The notes beneath the pieces were generated by a model. The model was not told the origin of the DNA, made no database searches, and saw nothing but the letters and a program-made list of their open reading frames with translations. The position numbers and the translations under genes are program-made. This document shows, piece by piece, positions 58,759 through 64,000 of a stretch of 64,000 bases of DNA. Location of the stretch: the IMG/VR virus record IMGVR_UViG_3300043427_001796; one strand, written 5' to 3'. Origin of the DNA: a virus. The stretch's first letter is position 1; every line of letters starts with the position of its first letter.

Positions 58759-58828
58759 GCTGTCCACCATTCTCCCCACTGCCCACCAGATGCCCTATAC
58801 TGATTACATCAGCGAAAGACACGCACTC

Positions 58829-59101
58829 ATGACTGACTACCTGCTCATCACTTTCGGTCCTGCTGAGGATGTAGAGCGTAACGGATGGTATAACTGCAAA
58901 GAGCGTTTCAACTCCAAACGTGCTGCTATTCGTAAAGGTCTTGACTCTCTCTGTATTGCTGGTTGCTTCGGTTATGTTGTGATTGAAGATGGTGAGGACT
59001 GGTGGCAGATCATTGATGAGTCTGGCACTGAGAATGCTACTATCACTGCCAAGCGTTTCACTTTCCAAGTCTCTCCTGCTCCTAAACTCCAACTGGTCTG
59101 A
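58829..59101 (+). CDS. hypothetical early protein
   Basis: ATG at 58829 after a dyad-motif promoter. Confidence 0.65.
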   Translation: MTDYLLITFGPAEDVERNGWYNCKERFNSKRAAIRKGLDSLCIAGCFGYVVIEDGEDWWQIIDESGTENATITAKRFTFQVSPAPKLQLV

Positions 59102-59304
59102 TGACACTCTCATTCAAATCTAAAGAAGAGCATATTGCTGCTCTGTATGATGCTCTCATGCTGATTGCTGAGACATACTATGCTACTGATCTGCTAGATG
59201 GTGCGGATTTCGGACTCACAACTCCGTATCACTTTGCTAAGTCTGCGCGAGCAGCATTAGATTCTATTGCTAAACAACAAGATGGACAACAAGAAACTGC
59301 TTAA
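59101..59304 (+). CDS. hypothetical protein
   Basis: TGATG coupling. Confidence 0.6.
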   Translation: MTLSFKSKEEHIAALYDALMLIAETYYATDLLDGADFGLTTPYHFAKSARAALDSIAKQQDGQQETA

Positions 59305-59494
59305 GAAACTGGAGAATGCTTACACCTCATGTTTTGATTGTGGTGCTGAGTATGGTGTGTATTCTGTAGGATGCTCATCTGTGTGGAATGGTAAATGTGA
59401 TGTCTGTGGTGAGACCAAACCTATCACAGAATCGCGTGACTTTGGATATTTTATTACTGGTATTCGTAAACTCAAACTGGAGATGAACAAATGA
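59282..59494 (+). CDS. small zinc-ribbon protein
   Basis: CFDC...CDVC. Confidence 0.55.
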   Translation: MDNKKLLKKLENAYTSCFDCGAEYGVYSVGCSSVWNGKCDVCGETKPITESRDFGYFITGIRKLKLEMNK

Positions 59495-59898
59495 AACAAC
59501 AAAACGGATTTATTGACCCTGCCATTGCTCTCATTGCTGTTGGTGTTGTGGTAGTTGGTGGTCTCATCTTTATTGGTGGTCCACAATATAATGTGTGGCA
59601 ACAATCGCTTGCTGGTAAGGCAGAACTTCAGAAAGCAGAGTATACTCGTCAGGTAGCAGTGTTGGAAGCACAAGCAAAGAAAGATAGTGCTCAACAACTA
59701 GCTGATGCTGAGATCATTCGTGCTACTGGTGTTGCTAAAGCAAACCAGATCATTGGTGATAGTCTGAAGGACAATCGTGAGTATCTTCAGTATCTGTATA
59801 TCACTGGACTTGAAGAGGGTGCTAACAAAGGTAACGTGACCATCTACGTTCCTACCGAGGGTGGTATGCCTGTGCCCACACTTCAGATGAATAAGTAA
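59491..59898 (+). CDS. membrane-anchored coiled-coil protein (SPFH/band-7 C-terminal-like)
   Basis: TM segment, AEIIRATGVAKANQII..SL, YLQYL, IYVPTEGGMPV. Confidence 0.65.
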   Translation: MKQQNGFIDPAIALIAVGVVVVGGLIFIGGPQYNVWQQSLAGKAELQKAEYTRQVAVLEAQAKKDSAQQLADAEIIRATGVAKANQIIGDSLKDNREYLQYLYITGLEEGANKGNVTIYVPTEGGMPVPTLQMNK

Positions 59899-60008
59899 CA
59901 CTAATTGATTATGGGGTTGCCAGATCCCCTCAAAACTGGTATGATAACCATATCAGAGAAAGTGATTGGCACTTGATCTGATGTTCATAACACATTGAAT
60001 TAACTATC

Positions 60009-61016
60009 ATGAAACAAAAACTTAAAGTCAAGGACTTCACCTACAAATTTGTAGCAACTCCTGGTATCTCCGCTGCCCTTGGTGGTAGATCTGAGGAACG
60101 GGGTGGTGGTGGATCTGGTCGGGCATCTATCACACTTGCTGATATCTATACTGGACAAACTGAAACCAATCCTGGTCGTGTTCATGGCGCATTGCGTAAG
60201 AATGTGTCTAAGATTGAGAACTCTTTGCGTGATCGTGGTGTTGATTACTCTCTTCCCGTTCCTGTAGTTGAACGATTGAAAGATCCCATTGTTGCTAATG
60301 GCAGGAAGTATTACTATCGTTTGATTGATGGTATGAATCGCTTCAAGGCATTTCTCAACATCGGATACACTGAATGGGTATTTGATGTAGTCAACATCGG
60401 TGTGAATGGTGTGAGTCGTGAGTATGCCCTAGAGACATTTGCTCAGATTCGTAATGATCATGCTCCCAGTGAAGCACATAGCGTGGAAGATGTTCATGCT
60501 TCTGCGACTCGTTTGATTGGATCTGGTGATCTAGAAGATAACGAAGATTCTATCCGTGAATGGGTGTATTTGGTATGCCAGAACATGCCCACACAGACTA
60601 AGAATCAGATTGTGGCAGAGATCATCAAGAACAACGATATTCCTACTGCTACGATTAGCTGGACTGATAAGAGTGCTACTGCTTGGGCACAGCAACCTGA
60701 TACGAATTTGCCTGTAGAACCAGATTACTTTTTCCCTGGTCATTACTTCCAAGATCGTATCTACTCTCTCATGAAGCAATATTCTGATACTAAGAAAGTC
60801 CAGAATGTTTATCTTCATGTTGATGGCAAAGATGAGAAGTCTATCGTGAAGCAACGAGAGGATACTATGGACAAATTTGATAACTTTGAACAGATCGTTC
60901 GTGATGTTGCTGGTTATCTTTTTGTGAATGGTAGTCTTCCCTTTAACTTCATTGGTTTTGCTCCGCAGATCAATGATAAAGAGGATCCCACTACTTGCGT
61001 TCCTATTGCCTCATGA
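60009..61016 (+). CDS. ParB/Srx-like N-terminal domain protein
   Basis: I..SL...G...P.PVV...YRLIDGMNRFKA; own promoter at about 59917-59945. Confidence 0.6.
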   Translation: MKQKLKVKDFTYKFVATPGISAALGGRSEERGGGGSGRASITLADIYTGQTETNPGRVHGALRKNVSKIENSLRDRGVDYSLPVPVVERLKDPIVANGRKYYYRLIDGMNRFKAFLNIGYTEWVFDVVNIGVNGVSREYALETFAQIRNDHAPSEAHSVEDVHASATRLIGSGDLEDNEDSIREWVYLVCQNMPTQTKNQIVAEIIKNNDIPTATISWTDKSATAWAQQPDTNLPVEPDYFFPGHYFQDRIYSLMKQYSDTKKVQNVYLHVDGKDEKSIVKQREDTMDKFDNFEQIVRDVAGYLFVNGSLPFNFIGFAPQINDKEDPTTCVPIAS

Positions 61017-61101
61017 TGTGCCACTAGGCAAGCTGTCCACCTCACCCCCCGGTGGGGTGGATTCTCCTGTATATTACATAGGTAATCAAGGAAACGCCCC
61101 G

Positions 61102-63445
61102 ATGGTCTTCCACTACACTGCTGGTCACGGCAAGCAAGGCACCCTAACTCTGGTTCCTTCCATGTCTATGCTCAAGTCTGAATATATTTGTGTTGCTCAG
61201 GTTGGTGACAACATGATGGTTGTTTCTAATCCTCGCCCTCTTGATGAAGCACTCAACTGGGCACAAAACTACTGCGGTTCTTTCTGCCTGATCTGAAAAT
61301 GGTATTCCTCATCTCTGAAGTTAACGGTTGCACTTACACTCTGGATGCTAACAATCAGCGTGTGCTGATGTATGCTCCACTGCTGTCTGATGGTTCATAC
61401 GAAACTGCTGGTTCTGCTTATGATTATGTGGAGTGGGATTGTCTAGATGAAGATGTCTTGATGGAGGCAGATCGTTGTCACAAACTCTTGCTTGCTGAAG
61501 TATGAACTACCTGTGTTTGATTGATGGTGTTGTTGAGTTTGGCAGCACCAGTTTACATGAGTTTGCTCGTTACTTTGTCATGTATGATGAAGAAGTAAGA
61601 CAGGCAGAAGAGAATAATACATTAGAGATTCTCAATCTCACTGATGAAGAGCTTGCCGCTATGTTTCCTGTAGAGGATGAAGAAGAATGAAACATGTGAA
61701 GTTTGTATCAGTCACCCGTGTGATTGATCCTAAGACACGCATACACTATCTGGATGCTATTGATGTAGATGGCATTCACTGGACAGCAGAGATGGATCAT
61801 CTACAAGAGCCATGGTTGTGCTATAATGAGATGTGGCGTCAAGATCCCCAACAACCAAAGAATTATGACTGACACTAAAATTCTACTTCAACGAATTTCT
61901 ACGGCAATCTCTACTGCTCCACAAGGAGAAACTTATGAGGATTGTCGTAATAATGAGGCAAAGGCAGCACTTTTGGAGATTACTGATTGGTTAGAACAAG
62001 TTAATGATGGTGATTTTGATTTTATCCTTTGGAGATTGAAAGAGGAATTAAAATGACTGAATTTCAACCAAAACCACAAACACCAGATGAAGTAGATGCT
62101 GGTCTCCGTGATGCTATGAAACAAGCAAAACTAGAGGGTGTATTCAAAATACCAGATGATCCCTATAGTAAAATCAATTTTCCAAAGCATTCCAAATGGA
62201 CATGCTATATGTTTGGCAATCGTCCTGGTGCTAATTATGGTATTGCTTATACACCACAAGAAGGAAGAGTTCCTAATCGTTTTGTGAGGTGGATGATGTA
62301 TCTGTGTTTTGATTGTATGTGGGTGAAGAAATGAAACTGAATGCTGGTGATTTGATGGTCATTGTGGACACTCTCAATCATAGTTTGAAAGTTATGAACT
62401 ATGAAGGATTCACAGACGCAACGAGAGAGCGTGTGAGAGATCATGTGCTGAATATGATGAGTCAAATTGAGGTTGAAGTTGTGTGTGGTAATGTAGAGCC
62501 TGTTGTGATTAGTGGTGATGTTGGAGGTTGACCATGACTAAGCAACCTAAAAAAATTCAAGTCAAAGAAACTCAACGATACTGGGGGGACTTTGATGGTA
62601 CTCTTAAGAGTATTATTTCTTCACTTCAAGCAGAATTAGATGCTGGTTGGGAAGGTATAGAGATTGATTATGAACGAGGTTATGGTGATTGTCACGACCA
62701 CGAAGTTCCTTATCTCTACAAGCATCGTGAAGAAACCGACAAAGAGTATGAGAAACGGATGAAGCAACTGGAGAAAGAAAAAGCAGAGAAAGCAAAGGCA
62801 AAGGAACAAAAACTTAAGCAACTCAAGAAAGACCTTGCTTCCTTGACTGATGAAGAAAAAGAACTTCTGGGGTTAAAATGACTAAACTCTATGATAAGAT
62901 ATGGAAGATTGTGGGCACCAGAGTAGGATATGGTATTGAGTGTGATGTGGTTACAGATCAACTCATTGATGCTGTAGATGAATGGTTGCCTCAGGAACAT
63001 GATACAAACTCCTATAAATGGAATCAATGCGTAAACACAATGAGAGGTAACTTACGATGAACATGACAATGGATCAACTCTTTGAGTATGTGACCAAGAC
63101 GATTGCTTCACCACATACTTCTATCACTGAACATGATAAACGTCGTGCGGCGCTCATCTTTACATACTTTGATGAGTATATGATTGATGTTGATGCTGCT
63201 GCTGGACGTTGTGATGTAGGTGATGAACTTGACTTTAGTTCTTATGCTACACAAGTGATTGATGAATTAGAAGGTAAGACCAATGAATCGTAATCAGTAT
63301 CTAGCACAAGAACTACGCTATCACGCACAGAATAATGAAATGATTGATCAATGGTATACTGAATTTGGTGCTCTATGTAATGAGATAGCAGATGTCCTAG
63401 ATCAATTACCAGTATCAGTGGACAGCTCAGATACTGGCACATGAC
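61102..63445 (+). other. run of short hypothetical early genes (61102, 61299, 61502, 61687, ~61865, ~62053, ~62331, ~62534, 62878, 63057, 63283)
   Basis: Co-oriented overlapping ORFs after the dyad-motif promoter at 61018. Confidence 0.6.
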
Positions 63446-63501
63446 CTGTTGCGAATCACCGCACACCATGCCATAATACATTCATACAAACGAACGAGAC
63501 C

Positions 63502-63669
63502 ATGAGCGACCAAGAGTTTCACATCTTTCAGACAATGGAAGATGGCACGACTGAATTGCTTTATGTCACCTATAGTGAAGAGGGAGCACAAGATGAGGTA
63601 GATCGTATTAACTCTCTTCTTGCCTCTGCTGGTATTCCTTCCTCTGTCTCCTGTGCTTATTACAACTGA
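63502..63669 (+). CDS. hypothetical early protein (not in ORF track)
   Basis: MSDQEFHIFQTMEDG..., after a dyad-motif promoter. Confidence 0.55.
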   Translation: MSDQEFHIFQTMEDGTTELLYVTYSEEGAQDEVDRINSLLASAGIPSSVSCAYYN

Positions 63670-63670
63670 T

Positions 63671-63820
63671 ATGAAAGTTACCTACATCTTTCTTGCTTTT
63701 ATTGCCATTCTCATGTATAATGTAGCATTGGCAAAGCGTGATCAACAACTCTTTAAAGCATATGATCATGCCTGTCAACAACTCCCACAACCACATCCTG
63801 ATTGCCGTTACGCTAAATGA
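63671..63820 (+). CDS. small secreted or membrane protein
   Basis: MKVTYIFLAFIAILMYN..RDQQLFKAY. Confidence 0.55.
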   Translation: MKVTYIFLAFIAILMYNVALAKRDQQLFKAYDHACQQLPQPHPDCRYAK

Positions 63821-64000
63821 CTATTTTATTCTGGTATTTCGGTGGTATGGTGACAGCATTAGTAGTTAACTATGTGATACATCAACCAAACAAAGAACAA
63901 GAAGATAATCTCTATCGTAACACTCATCACAACTACGACGATTAAATGAATTACATCTACGAATCTCCTGATAAAGGACAGACAATCTATCGTAGACTAC

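Larger units (their letters stand above)
3997..63440 (+). repeat. dispersed dyad repeat (about GTGGACAG-N8-CTGGCAC or its reverse complement), 11 copies
   Basis: Copies at 3997, 10936, 28335, 48475, 52280, 52610, 56450, 57483, 58745, 61018, 63418. Confidence 0.8.

Noticed and set aside
48475-63440. Dyad repeats as a CRISPR array or integron attC sites
   Set aside because: Spacing is irregular (0.3-4 kb), copies are degenerate, no integrase is present, and the fixed distance to -10 boxes favours a promoter role.

Overview
This 64 kb window is part of a T4-like cyanobacterial myovirus genome; the host is probably a Synechococcus/Cyanobium-type picocyanobacterium. From left to right: (1) a host-like porin and photosynthesis island (som-type porin, two hli, petF, psbA, glutaredoxin); (2) speD and a nitrogen-sensing cassette (NtcA-type box, glnA-type glutamine riboswitch, DUF4278-like peptide); (3) core T4 genes (thyX, phoH, Cas4-like exonuclease, gp33, gp32); (4) a baseplate/tail block (gp53, 48, 2, 4, 54, 26, 51, two paralogous hub proteins carrying lysozyme and M23 domains, a gp27-like protein, gp5); (5) a split array of 10 tRNAs interleaved with cpeT, an HNH nuclease and several non-tRNA structured RNA candidates; (6) a 3259-aa virion protein, tail-collar fibres and Fe/2OG oxygenases; (7) an early region of short ORFs including an SF2 helicase, cp12, pebS, a kinase-like ORF, a putative restriction-modification pair and a ParB-like protein. 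The most notable unexplained signals are an 11-copy dyad motif (about GTGGACAG-N8-CTGGCAC) at near-fixed spacing from -10 boxes, a set of related GGTAG-stem RNA units between tRNAs, the nitrogen-sensing cassette, and a phycobiliprotein-like CxRDIGYY motif in the giant virion protein. All calls come from reading motifs by eye; no database searches were run.
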